The position numbers and the translations under genes were made by a program. The notes below the pieces were generated by a model. That model was not told the DNA's origin and did no database searches. It worked only from the letters and a program-made list of their open reading frames with translations. From positions 228,532,001 through 228,596,000 of the forward strand of contig OZ024742.1 of NCBI GenBank assembly GCA_964016885.1: a stretch of DNA of 64,000 nt. The letters are read 5' to 3'. The stretch comes from Eledone cirrhosa. Its lineage: Eukaryota. Position 1 is the first letter of the stretch. Every line of letters begins with the position of its first letter. Positions 10,501-22,948 of this stretch are shown in pieces.

Positions 10501-12543
10501 CAAAGTAGAAGAGGCGCTTAGGAGTGGCAACGCAGCTTGAGTGCTAGCATCGAGAACGGCACTGAACCAGTTCTTCGACGCGAAACACGAAGGCTGCGTG
10601 GTCAGAAGTAAATCACGTGCTCTAGGAAACAAGGGAGCCAAAGCTGTTAGCTGGGCCCGAGTGGCGGAAGAGAAAAGTGGCAACAAGTCCACGATTCGGT
10701 CTTTGAAAGACCAAAACGGACGCGTGATACTTGACCCCAGGCAGATGTGCGCGGCCTTTCAGTGGCACTTTGCGCGACTGTTTGAGCAGAACGACGGTGC
10801 ACCGAACGAGGCAATGGACTTTGGTTCATACCTCGACAGCCTGCCGCGTCTCTCGAGCATGGACACCGAGTTCTGCGAAAGACCGATCACAGCCACTGGG
10901 CCGCTGCGGGAAACGCAAATCACCCGGTCTAGATGGTCTACCCTATGAGTTTCGGCTGGTTTCGGTCCCATTTTCAGAGGCTGGATCAAGGCGATGCACA
11001 CCAGCATCTGCTCGAAGGTCAAGGTGAACGGCTACCTATCAGAGCCGTTCGCAATCACGCGTTCTATTCGACAGGTATGCCCTCTCTCCTCCATTCTGTA
11101 CGTATTGACACTAGAGCCACTACTGCGGAAGTTGGAGGTTTTGCAAGGCATCCCTTTAGAACCGGGACTGCGAAAAGCGGCGTCGGCTTATGGTGTCGAA
11201 AACCTCGGAAATCGAGGTAATCGGCAACCTACTACAGGAATACGACAGGTTAACAGGAGCAAATCTGAACCCGGACAAGTCTGTCGGTTTGCAACTCGGA
11301 ACGTGGAGAGGCAAACCGATGCCGTCCGACAGCGTCGTCGGACGCTGGACGGAAGGACCGGTGAAATTGCTCGGGGTCTGATTCGGTCCAAACCTCCAGG
11401 TGGAGAAAAACTGGAACGAGGTCATGGCCAAGGTATTTGCGCTCACCCAGACGTGGGCAGAGTGCAAACTGTCTTTGAAAGGTCGAGCGGAGGTGGCGAA
11501 CACTTTCATAGCGTCCGTCATCTACTACCGCTTGACTGTCGTGCCTTGTCACCGTGAATACCTCACCAGAATGGAACGCATGCTCTTCCAGTTCCTGTGG
11601 AAGAAGCAGGATCCACTGGTGAGGAGATCCGTCTGCTGTCAACACCCTTCCAACGGAGGGCTGGGCATGCCGTGGCTAATGATGCGCAAACATGCGCTGA
11701 GGCTACGGCATCTTCAGGTATTCCCCACTGACCAACCGGTGTGGGCACCGTTTGTGAGACAGGCCTTCCCACAACTTGTCTCGCTGACGGAGCTGCAGTC
11801 CTGGGTCAAGCGAAGACCGAAGAAGATGGGCGCCTGGCACATTGAATGCGCCCAGGCGCTCAGAGTCCTCTGTCAAGTGGGCGCAGCAATCAGTGGAGAC
11901 TCCACTTCGACATTCTATAGAGGGTTAGTACTTTACAAGTGCGACGACGTGCTCGGGGAGACTCTAGGCGTCGAAGACGACGAGCTCACCAGTCTGTTCG
12001 GTAGGACTTTCCGCCCGGGACCTATGGACAACTCCCAGAGGTCCCTGGCCTGGCAGTGTTATCGAGGAGCTCTACCCATTCGAGATAAGATCTACAGGCA
12101 CGGACGCCCCGGCAGGGATCCTTCCAAGAGGACGTGTCCAAGATGCGAGCAGGACATTGAAACCGTCTTGCACGCAATTGTACACTGCCCGGGCGTAAAC
12201 GACCTGTGGAACTATGCAGAACAACTGCATGTGTGAATGCAAGGTGGGTGAATGAAGCGAAAATGGCCCGAGTGATTGGGCCTTCTCTGTTTATAAGCCT
12301 GTAGGTTAAAGAAGAGAGCAAAAGGAAGAAGGGAGCACTTGCACAACACGCTCCTGAAGTTGAGGGTTGTTCTATCGACGGGGTATTAAACAACCCATTT
12401 GTGGCGTCTCCCCCCTATTGGGGATTTCGATTGTTATAATTGTTTGTTTTATATTTTTTTTTACACGACTGTATGTAAAATCCCCGGCATGTGTCTTTGT
12501 ATTGTCCTCTTTTCTTGTGCGCCCTTGTGGAAAATAAAAAAAA
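7565..12543 (+). mobile_element. Tx1-clade copy C, divergent family, full-length but decayed (frameshifts, stops, internal deletions)
   Basis: ORF1 fragments 7745-9518 (CFKCASTSHLKASC), ORF2 from ATG 9560 (APE motifs), deletions in RT near 10945 and near 12235; (TATC)n tail 12544-12608. Confidence 0.92.
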
Positions 12544-12608
<65 letters not shown>

Positions 12609-12638
12609 CGTCTGCCTGTCTGTCCGTCCGTCTATCTA

Positions 12639-15505
12639 TTTCTGGGAACGTCCCGCTCCCTGCTGTTATTGGGGGACTGGAATGGAATCCTAGATGCACG
12701 TTGGGATTATGTGGGAGCATGTCCCGATAGAGGCGGGTGTAACAGTCTCAAACAGTTAATCGGCCGATTTCAACTGGCCGATACATATCGACTAGATTTT
12801 CCAACTGTGCCACTGTGGACGTGGACCAACCACAGCGGAACATCTAGATCGTACCTAGATAGGTTTCTAGTTTGAGTTAGTGATAGGGACATGTTAAGCT
12901 GTCCACAAATGTTCATAGTTGCCTATTCAGATCACAAACTAGTAACCTGCTTAGTCAACCTTGACAGAACCCATAGACAGGGACCCGGCTACTGGGAGGT
13001 GAACTTGCGTTACCGACATGCAAAGCCTACAGTAGACGGATTAGCACTTTAGTTAAGAAGCACTTTATGGGGGCCATTGTCAACAACAGATGGTGGTACT
13101 CTCTCAAGAGAGCAGTTAGATTAGACTCGATAGGTTTTAGTAAAGAATTAGTGTTAGATAGAAATAAGACCGAAAAGGAACTGGTAGATAAAGTAGAAGA
13201 GGCACTTAGGAGTGGCAACGTAGCCAGCGTACTAGCGACGAGAACGGCCTTGGACCAGTTCTTCGACGCAAAGCATGAAGGCTGCGTTGTCAGAAGCAAA
13301 ATACGTGCTCTGGGAAACGAGGGAGCCAAAGTTGTTAGCTGGGACCGAGTGACGGAGGCGAAAGATGGCAACAAGTCCACGATTCAGTCTTTGAAGGACC
13401 AAGACGGACGCGTGATACGTGAGCCGAAGCAGATGTGCGCGGCCTTTCAGAGGCACTTAGCTCAACGGCGCTGAGCCAATGCGGCAAATGGAAATCTCCA
13501 GGTCTTGACGGTCTACACTAAGAATTTTACGTAGCAATGCCGGACTTATTGGCCGGTCTCCTGGAAGCGGTCTACTGGCAGCAGAACGGGAGAATTCCCA
13601 GTTCTGTGACCAAGGGCATAGTCACGTTAGTCAGGAAGGACGAGAATAAGGGGGATGACATAGGCAACTTCCGACCCATAACTCTGCTAAACACAGAGTC
13701 ACAGATTTTGGCCAAAGTGTTAGCAAAGAGGCTGGCGCTTGTCGTCAAAAACGTGGTGGGAGAAGCGCAGACATGAGCAATCCCGACCAGGTCCATACAC
13801 GACAACCTCCACCTCATACAATACATCATAGAGAGGGTAGGGTGTAAACCCGGCTTCGGTGAGGCCCTGATCAACTTGGATCAGTCTAAGGCTTTCGATA
13901 GGGTTGACCATCGTTACATGGATGCGGTTCTCGAGGCGGCAGGCTACGGACACGTATTCAGAGGCTGGATTGCTGCAATGTACAGCAGTGACATCTGCTC
14001 AAGGGTCAAGGTGAACGGCTACCTCTCGGAGCCGTTCCATATCATTCGATCCATCCGACAGGGATACCCTCTCTCCTCATTCTGTACGTACTGACTCTCG
14101 AGCCACTACTGCGGAAGTTGGTGCTATTGCAGGGCATCCCTTTGGAAGCGGGACTGCGAAAAGCGGAGTCGGCCTACGCCGACGACGTGACAATAATGGT
14201 GTCAAGCACCTCGCAAATCGGGGAGGTCGGCATCTTACTGAAGGAATACGAAAGGTTCACAGGAGCGAAGCTGAACCGGGACAAATCCGTCGGTTTGTAG
14301 CTAGGAACGTGGAGAGGCAAACCGATGCCTTCCGATGGCGTCGTCGGACGCTGGACGGAAGGATCGGTAAAGCTGCTCGGGGTCTGGTTTGGTCCGGACC
14401 TCCAGGTGGAGAAAAACTGGATCGAGGTGACGGCCAAGGTGTTTGCGCTCACCCAGAAGTGGGCCGAGTGCAAACTATCCTTGAAAGGTCGAGCGGAGGT
14501 GGCGAACACTTTTATAGCGTCCGTCATCTACTACTGCTTGACCGTCGTGCCTCACAGTGATCTGGCAAACGGACCCGGCGATCAGTGGAGACTCCACTTC
14601 GTCATTCTATAGAGGGTTGGTCCACAGCAATTGCGACGACGCGCTAGGAGAAACTCTAGGCGTAGAATAGTACGAACTGGTCAGTCTGTTCGGTAGGACC
14701 TTCCGCCCGGGACCGATGGACAACTTCCAAAAGTCCCTGGCCTGGCAGTGCTACCAAGGAGCTCTACCAGTTCGAGACAAGCTCTACAGACACGGGCGCC
14801 CGGGAAGGGACCCTTCGAAAAAGATCTGTCCGAGATGCGTGCGCGACGAGGAAACCGTCGCGCACGCATTTGTATACTGCCCGAGCGTTACCGACCTGTG
14901 GGACTATGTAGAACGACTTTTGTCGCGGGTGGGACCAATCCAGTTGACCACCGAGTCCATTGTCATGATCAAACCGCCACCCCCTTCAAAAACGAGGGAG
15001 AGGCGGTTTTCCTATGTGTTATGGCTATGGTGAAAGAGGTTATATGGTGGTCGAGGTTAAAAGGGTTGAGTTCAGACACCTTTCTCTCCGGCGAAAAACT
15101 GATTCGTTTTTTAAAATATCATTTTGGAAGAAGAATCGGGATGGAGAGAGAGGTGCTGTACCCCAACAGATTTGATAAAAGGTGGGTGAATGTGGAAAAG
15201 ATGGCCCGAGTGGTTGGGCCTTCTCTCTATATAAGCCTATAGGTTGAGGAAAAAGAGGAAGAGAGGAAGGGAGTACTCACTCTTGGTGTTCCTGGAGATG
15301 AGGGTTGTACATTTTTTCGGGGTGTGTAACGCCTGTGTAACGCCTCCCCTGTGTAACGCCTCCCCTGTGTAACGCCTCCCCCCTATTGTGGATTTCAATT
15401 GTTATTTGTTATTTTATTAATAGTTTTATTTTCATATACCTGTATGTAAACTCCCCATTTGTATTCGTCCCCTACTTTTGTGCCCTTGTGGCTAATAAAG
15501 AAATT
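12639..15505 (+). mobile_element. Tx1-clade copy D, 5'-truncated within APE domain, decayed
   Basis: Starts at FLGTSRSLLL directly after a TATC/TGTC tract; RT motifs incl. YADD; ends GPSLYISL* at 15242, then 3'UTR, AATAAA, (TCAA)n(TCTA)n tail 15507-15605. Confidence 0.92.
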
Positions 15506-15506
15506 T

Positions 15507-15605
<99 letters not shown>

Positions 15606-18600
15606 AGACGTGTGTCACTTCGCGGAGAAGTTTCCGTTAATTTATGTAAGAAAAAAATGTGAGTTTTTAGTTAAATTTTATATCATTGTGTAACTTGACC
15701 ACCCGTCTGGACCTTCAGGTGGTGGGTCAACTCATTTTCGCCCCTACAGGGGCGGAATATCCATTTAAAAAAATTTTTCTCCATCGAATCTTTGAAAAAA
15801 TATTGTAAAATTTTGATTACGTTATGAACGCTGCGTCCAACGATAATGGTCGTGGAGAGGCGGTAAGACTACAAAGCTCGCAGTCAACAACGTCTTCTTC
15901 ACTAGATACTATAGAGATGGAAAGACAAAATGAAAATAAAAAAACGAATTCATATCCAAACAACACAAATGACACCAAACAGTTCAATGACAACAAAAAT
16001 AACAGCAAAACCAATAATGATGATAAAAGCAACAATGATAACAACAACAAAGAAAAAAATAAAGACAACGCCAATAACACCAGCATCAAAGACAACAACA
16101 ACACCAAGGAAAATACGGATGATACCAACATCGGTGACAACAAGAATAACAACAACAATAACAACAATAATGACAACACCACCAATACGGATTCCACAAA
16201 GAAACCAAAATCTCCTTTGCAGAGAAAGTTCAAAAAAAGGAGGAATTGATATATCTCGACATAACAAATGCTGAACAACTTTTAAAGGACGCTAGGAGAT
16301 ATGTCACTTTCGAAAAAAATGGTGATTTCAGCATCAATTCTCCGGTAGAAATTCGCAAGGAAACTGCTCTCAAAACGATAGTTTTTAGGACAGTTTCCAA
16401 TTCTACCCGAAAACCAGTCCAATTGTCACAGAAAGAAATTGAACTGGTTTTCAAAAATTCAATGAATGATATTGCATTCATTCAAAGAAGCAAACTTTTT
16501 GGGAGTATTTCGGTACTCATGAAGGATCAATTGACGGCCCAAAATTACTCTGTGTCGCCAATTGTATCCAACCTGTACACCTTTTTCCCTACATACATGA
16601 GAAAAAGGACACAAAAGATCAGAATCACAAGTGTCACACCAAAGGTGAACATATGGTGGATACTGTGCGGCTTCATCAATTTTGATGAAGACAGAATACT
16701 GTCAGTAGGAAAGTCCCCCAGAGATGTATTCAATGGGACTAGCATTGAAGTTCTGGTGCAAATGAGCCCAGAGCGAATAGCTATGATCCCACAGCGTGTA
16801 CTCCTGGACGGACTCACCTACATAAACCTTTCGGTTGAGGGTAGGCGGCCTTCATGTTACCATTGCTTTAGCAGGGGTCACCTGAGGGCTTCCTGTCCTA
16901 AAATAATGAACCAAAAAAAGGTTCTTCTGCCGACACCCATCAAAACAACACAACCACCAACATCACCACCACAACAACAACACCAACATAAAAAAATAAC
17001 CACAACAAACACAGTCCCACCCAACCCCACTCCACCTAAAACCACTGCAAAATCACATACAGACACAACAGCTCCCCAAGACATACCCCTTCCCAATCAC
17101 ACAGACGATACAACAGATGAGGCTATCTCGCCATCACCCAGTGAAGACGAGGGAGAACCCCATCGCTCGAAAAGAAAGACAAGACATCACAAAAGCAAAA
17201 AACCAGCAAACACTACCACAAACATACAACCACCAACACAAACAACAAAAATATCACAAACAAAACCCCCACCTCCTGAAAACAAAATACCTACAACAAA
17301 ACGAAAGCACACACAAGAACTACAGACAAAAACAAACACAACACAAGAAAATTACACTTACACTTACATAAACACTGAAAACAAAACACTAATGGAGACC
17401 ATCACGAACGACCCTTCGGTTTTCACCGAAGGGAAAACTTTCGCCCACATTATTAAAAATAGCAAAAAACTGAACCTAAAACTGATTAGGGTCCCTATAC
17501 AAACTTATAGGTCCCTAAAAGAAACATTTGAGAAGGATGTGGGGAATTCCTGCGTGAAACCACTCAACCGCGTCCTTCTCAAATGCCTCCCCACCCCAGA
17601 CACCCCCATCCCACCAGACCCCACCCCACCAAACATCTGCATCCTCACCCCGCCGGAAACCACCACCCATCCAGACAACCCCTCCAACACCCCCATGGAA
17701 ATCGTGCGGCCTGGTCCCCAGGAGGCGAAGGGTGAGTGATCTCTTTTCCTCTTTTAACTTTTCAGCACCAACATGGCCAATATAAGAGTTGGATGTGTGA
17801 ACGTACGCGGCCTGGGGATGCCCTGGAAACAGGGCAAACTCTTAAACGACCTCAGGTCGCACAGTATGGATGTGGTAGCCATTTGCGAGTCCAGGATCCA
17901 CGGCGAGCGACAGCTGGCCCCCATCTTCGATGACTTTGAGATCTACGCATCTCCCTGTCAACCGGGGTGGAGGGGTGGGGGCGGAGTTGCCGTTTTGCTG
18001 CGGAAACACCTGGGCCTCGTAACACAGACAGTACATCTGGACCCGGAGGGTCGACTGGTGGTCCTAGACGTTGACAGTAGTGAAGGTGGAGCCTTCAGGC
18101 TGGTGGCCGCATATGCCCCATCCGGGACACCGCGGCCAGACTTCTTCAAACGTCTAGAGACTTTTCTGGGAACGTCGCGCTCCTTGCTTTTAGTGGGGGA
18201 CTGGAATGGAATCCTAGATGCACGTTGGGACTATGTGGGAGCATGTCCCGATAAAGGGTGGTGTAACAGCCTCAAACAGTTAATCGACCGATTTGACCTG
18301 GCCGATAGATATCGACTAGATTTTCCGACTGCGCCACTGTGGACGTGGAGTAATCGTAGCGGAACATCTAGATCGTACCTAGATAGGGTTCTAGTTAGAA
18401 ATAAGGATAGGGACATGTTAAGCTGTCCACAAATATTCATGGTTGCCTATTCAGATCACAAACTAGTGACCTGCATGGCCAACCTTGATAGAACCCATAG
18501 ACAAGGACCCGGCTACTGGAAGCTGAACTTGTCGTTACCGACAAGCAAAGCATACAGTAGACGGATTAGCACTTTAGTTAAACAGCACTTGACAGGGGCG

Positions 18601-20362
18601 ATTGTCAACAACAGATGGTGGTACTCTCTCAAGAGGGCAGTTAGATTAGACTCGATAGTTTTTAGTAAAGAATTAGCGTTAGATAGAAATAGAACCGAGA
18701 AGGAACTGGTAGATAAAGTAGAAGAAGCAATTAGAAGTGGCAACGTAGCCAGCGTGCTAGCAACGAGAACGGCCTTGGACCAGTTCTTCGACGCAAAGCA
18801 CGAGGGCTGCGTTGTCAGAAGCAAAATACGTGCTCTGGGAAACGAGGGAGCCAAAGCTGTTAGCTGGGCCCGGGTGACGGAGGCAAAAAGTGGCAACAAG
18901 TCCATGATTCGGTCTTTGAAGGACCAAAACGGACGCGTGATACGTGAGCCGAAGCAGATGTGTGCGGCTTTTCAGCGGCACTTTGCTCGGCTGTTCGGGG
19001 GGAGCGGCGCGCCGGGAGAAGCTATGGATTTCAGTCCATACCTCGACGGCCTACCGCGACTCTCGGACAGCGGGGCAGAGTTCTGCGAAAAGCCGATTTC
19101 AGCCACTGAGATAGGGGACGCGCTGAGCCAATGCGGCAAACGCAAATCTCCAGGTCTCGACGGTCTACCCTACGAATTTTACGTAGCAATGCCGGACTTA
19201 TGTTCCGGTCTCCTGGAAGCGGTCTACTGCAACTGGCAACAGAACGGGAGAATTCCCCCCAGTTCTGTAACCGGGGGCGTGGTCACACTAATCAGGAAGG
19301 ACGAGAATAAGGGGATGACATAGGCAACTTCTGGCCCATAACTCTGCTAAAGACAGAGTTACAGATTTTGGCCAAGGTGTTGGCAAAGAGGCTGGCGCTT
19401 GTCGTCGAGAACCTGCTGGGAGAAGCGCAGACATGCGCAATTCCGACCAGGTCCATACACGACAACCTCCACCTCATGCGATACATCATAGAGAGGGTAG
19501 GGTGTAAACCCGGCTTCGATGGGGCCCTGATCAACTTGGATCAGTCTAAGGCTTTCGATAGGGTTGACCATCGTTACCTGGATGCGGTGCTCGAGGCGGC
19601 AGGCTTCGGACCCGTGTTCAGGGGCTGGATTGCTGCAATGCACAACAGCAACATCTGCTCAAGGGTCAAGGTGAACGGCTACCTCTCGGAAAAAAGATCT
19701 GTCCGAGGTGCGTGCGAGACGAAGAAACCGTCGCGCACGCATTCATACACTGCCCGGGCGTCACTGACCTGTGGGGCTATGTAGAACGACTATTGTCGCG
19801 TGTGGGACCAATCCAGTTGACCACCGAGTCCATTGTCATGATCAAACAGCCACCCTCCTTCAAAAACGAAGGAGAGGCGGTTTTCCTTTGTGTGATAGCT
19901 ATGGCGAAAGAGGTTGTATGGTGGACAAGGTTGAAAGGGCTGAGGTCAGACACCTTTCTCTCCGGCCAACAACTGATTCTTTTTTTCAAATATCACTTTG
20001 GAAGAAGAATCAGGATGGAGAGAGAGGTGCTGTACCCCAGCAAGTTTTATGAAAGGTGGGTGAAAGTGGCGAGAATGGCCCGAGTGAATGGGCCTTCTCT
20101 CTATATCAGCCTGTAGGTTGAGGAAAAGAAGGAGGAGAGGAAGGGAGTACAAACTCTTCGTACTCCTGGAGATGAGGGTTGCACATTTTTTTTCGGGGGT
20201 ATGTGTTACCCATATAAACTGTCTCCCTCTATTGGGGAAAATCGACTAACTTTTTAAATTCCATTTGTGATAACATTTTACACGTTTTTATTGTATGTAA
20301 ACTTCCTCCTTTGTATTTGTCCCCTTCTTTTGTGCCCCTGTGGCTAATAAAGAAATATATCT
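15606..20362 (+). mobile_element. Tx1-clade copy E, third family, full-length with about 1.1 kb internal deletion in RT at about 19690
   Basis: ORF1 15824-17739 (one frameshift near 16200; CYHCFSRGHLRASC), ORF2 from ATG 17773; junction ctctcgga/aaaaagatct joins mid-RT to the zinc knuckle; ends AATAAA...tatcta. Confidence 0.93.
16246..17739 (+). CDS. Tx1 copy E ORF1, main open segment (RRM-like region, CCHC knuckle, P/T linker, conserved C-terminal domain)
   Basis: 497-aa open frame homologous to ORF1 of copies B and C. RRM-like assignment is inferred from Tx1/L1 ORF1 architecture. Confidence 0.85.
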   Translation: MIYLDITNAEQLLKDARRYVTFEKNGDFSINSPVEIRKETALKTIVFRTVSNSTRKPVQLSQKEIELVFKNSMNDIAFIQRSKLFGSISVLMKDQLTAQNYSVSPIVSNLYTFFPTYMRKRTQKIRITSVTPKVNIWWILCGFINFDEDRILSVGKSPRDVFNGTSIEVLVQMSPERIAMIPQRVLLDGLTYINLSVEGRRPSCYHCFSRGHLRASCPKIMNQKKVLLPTPIKTTQPPTSPPQQQHQHKKITTTNTVPPNPTPPKTTAKSHTDTTAPQDIPLPNHTDDTTDEAISPSPSEDEGEPHRSKRKTRHHKSKKPANTTTNIQPPTQTTKISQTKPPPPENKIPTTKRKHTQELQTKTNTTQENYTYTYINTENKTLMETITNDPSVFTEGKTFAHIIKNSKKLNLKLIRVPIQTYRSLKETFEKDVGNSCVKPLNRVLLKCLPTPDTPIPPDPTPPNICILTPPETTTHPDNPSNTPMEIVRPGPQEAKGE

Positions 20363-20880
20363 ATAGGTTTAGTTATTGTTATGCAATTGAATATATTTCT
20401 GAAGGATGTAATTGTTTTTTTTTTTACTTTATATCTAGCGTGGTATGTACATGCTAGGCAATGTTGAGATTAGGTATATGGGTGGTAGTTGTTTGAGTTT
20501 GTGGATGGCGTTGGATTGGGATGCCTTGGGGTGCCTTGGGGGCCTTTGGGGTGCCTTGGGGTGCCTTGGAGTGCCTTGCGTTTATGTTAAAGCAATTATC
20601 AGTCATGGTTGTATATATTTCTTGGGATATAGTATAGTAATTTAGCAAAATCACAACAAACCTAGCAATTCGATGAGTAGAGATAGAGACTAAATGTTTG
20701 AAATAGTAGCTAAATCTCCCTCAAATCACGCACTATTCCAATGAAAATAAGAAAGACACATTGGACGTTGTAGTCCTAGATATACGAAAACGAAAAAAAA
20801 ACAACAAAAAAACGGGCTGGTTATAGCTGGAATGTTTTTGATCACAGATCTATTCGATCATGGTGTTTGGGGATAAAATA

Positions 20881-20926
20881 CTACTGCTACTACTACTACT
20901 GCGGCCACTATTGCTGTTGCTGCTGT

Positions 20927-20995
<69 letters not shown>
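20881..20995. repeat. (CTA)n microsatellite
   Basis: Direct reading. Confidence 0.95.
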
Positions 20996-21237
20996 AGCCA
21001 TACTTAAACCCCTCGGACAACCCCTCTTGCGATGTAAATACCAACCAACCAGCTAGCCAGCCACACAGCCTCGCATAAGAGGGTAGGGCGGTCATTGTCT
21101 CAAGTTTCAACGCAACTCAATAATGCATCTCGCCCATGGCTATCTTGTCGAACCTTTTTTGGAAGCACAAGGAGAAAAAAAACAACAACAAAAAAACAAG
21201 AAAAAAGAAGAAAAACAAAGTACTTAGAACAAACAGC

Positions 21238-21425
21238 AAAGAAAAGAAAAGAAAAGAAAAGAAAAGAAAAGAAAAGAAAAGAAAAGAAAAGAAAAGAAAA
21301 GAAAAGAAAAGAAAAGAAAAGAAAAGAAAAGAAAAGAAAAGAAAAGAAAAGAAAAGAAAAGAAAAGAAAAGAAAAGAAAAGAAAAGAAAAGAAAAGAAAA
21401 GAAAAGAAAAGAAAAGAAAAGAAAA
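21238..21425. repeat. (GAAAA)n pentanucleotide microsatellite
   Basis: Direct reading. Confidence 0.97.
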
Positions 21426-21907
21426 AAGGAAATTAAAAAGGAACTTCTCAGAAGATTCGAGAATGAGAAATAATTTGAAGAAAAGTTATTCCTCCGTTCG
21501 TTACAAAATACCATTATCTTGCTAGCACTGTTCTATTTGACAGCTAAATAATTCAAGAGCGGTTTCATGGCAGTCAGTAGTTTATTTCAAGTATTTTGAG
21601 AAGAACGAGACAGGGAAGAGGGAGACTAGTTCATAGAATGTTTAGAATTTATAGATTTCTACGCTAAAATGAACTGTTCGTTCGTTGGAATTGGAAGTTA
21701 ATCAAATTGGTAGTAATCGATTGTGTAAAATTGTTTAGATTTTGAAAAAAAAAACAAAAAAAAAAACGTTTAAAAGTAAATACACTCTTTGTTAGAATTT
21801 GTCATATAAACTCACACAGACAGAAATGTATAACACACACTAATGTATATACAGACAGACACACACAGACAGACGCATCTATGTATATGATTTAATATTT
21901 CACATAT

Positions 21908-21964
<57 letters not shown>

Positions 21965-22187
21965 GGCTTTTATAGGACTAGAAACTGTTCATTCGGGAGA
22001 AATCAGAAATCCGAATGAAATAGTCCTAGTCCCGTAGAAGCCATTTTTATATTAAATATATATACTCTGCTATGTATTGAGTACCTTACTTACTGTGGTT
22101 ACCCCCGATTGAACCCGGGTTAAACATATATATATTATATATATACAATATATTAATAAATGGAAACTATATTTATAAAACCATAAT

Positions 22188-22253
22188 TATTTTATTATAT
22201 ATATTTCAAGGGCAACCAAGGCAAATTATGGTGCGCTTTCATCAGATAAAATA
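22188..22253 (-). ncRNA. Minimal type I hammerhead ribozyme, inverted twin of 22324-22389
   Basis: Reverse complement of the plus-strand motif within the inner inverted repeat. Confidence 0.72.
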
Positions 22254-22323
22254 TCCAGCGAACTTCAACCGTCAAGGAGTCTTTTTTACGGGTATGTCAA
22301 TATTTATTTATAAAACAAATCTG

Positions 22324-22389
22324 TATTTTATCTGATGAAAGCGCACCATAATTTGCCTTGGTTGCCCTTGAAATATATATAATAAAATA
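22324..22389 (+). ncRNA. Minimal type I hammerhead ribozyme (Penelope-type)
   Basis: TATTTTAT-CTGATGA-[AAG c GCA CCA loop TGG t TGC c CTT]-GAAA-TATATA-TA-ATAAAATA: 8-bp stem I, stem II, palindromic stem III, AUA cleavage triplet. Confidence 0.75.
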
Positions 22390-22674
22390 ATTATGGTTTT
22401 ATAAATATAGTTTACATTTATTTCACTTAGGTGAAACAATTTTACACAATCGATTACTACCAATTTGATTAACTTCCAATTCCAACGAAAGAACAGTTCA
22501 TTTTAGCGTAGAAATCTATAAATTCTAAACATTCTATGAACTAGTCTCCCTCTTAATATATTGAATATTTACTCCACTAACCAGTTGAGTGCTTTATATT
22601 AGTTATAACATTTTTAAGCTTGTTCAATCCCAACAAATTAAATATAATCTCTGCATATATTATATATATATATA

Positions 22675-22779
<105 letters not shown>

Positions 22780-22910
22780 GTGAGGTTTTTTTTACAAAAT
22801 GAAAAATAACCGAGGTGTCCTACACGAGTGGAAATATAAAGAAAAAGAGATGAAATCGAAAATGCAACTGAAGTCTTATTTTTTTTAAAAATATATATAT
22901 TTATTTGGTT

Positions 22911-22948
22911 CCTTTACCGGTTTCGCAGTTCTTCTGCTTTTCAAAAGG
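22911..22948 (-). ncRNA. Minimal hammerhead ribozyme with variant UUGAAAA core in Penelope terminal repeat
   Basis: Minus strand: CCTT-TTGAAAA-GCAG-aagaa-CTGC-GAAA-CCGG-TA-AAGG; stems I and II pair perfectly, stem III is the palindrome CCGG. Confidence 0.7.

Larger units (their letters stand above)
21617..22553. repeat. Nested inverted repeats: outer arms 21617-21736/22433-22553, inner arms about 22155-22253/22324-22422
   Basis: Arms are reverse complements with about one mismatch each by eye. Confidence 0.9.

Noticed and set aside
17732-17765. 34-nt mini-intron GTGAGT...TTAAC..TTTCAG fusing ORF1 to ORF2 in copy E (39-nt analogue in B)
   Set aside because: Very short, does not put ORF2 in frame in E or B, and copy C has no AG there.
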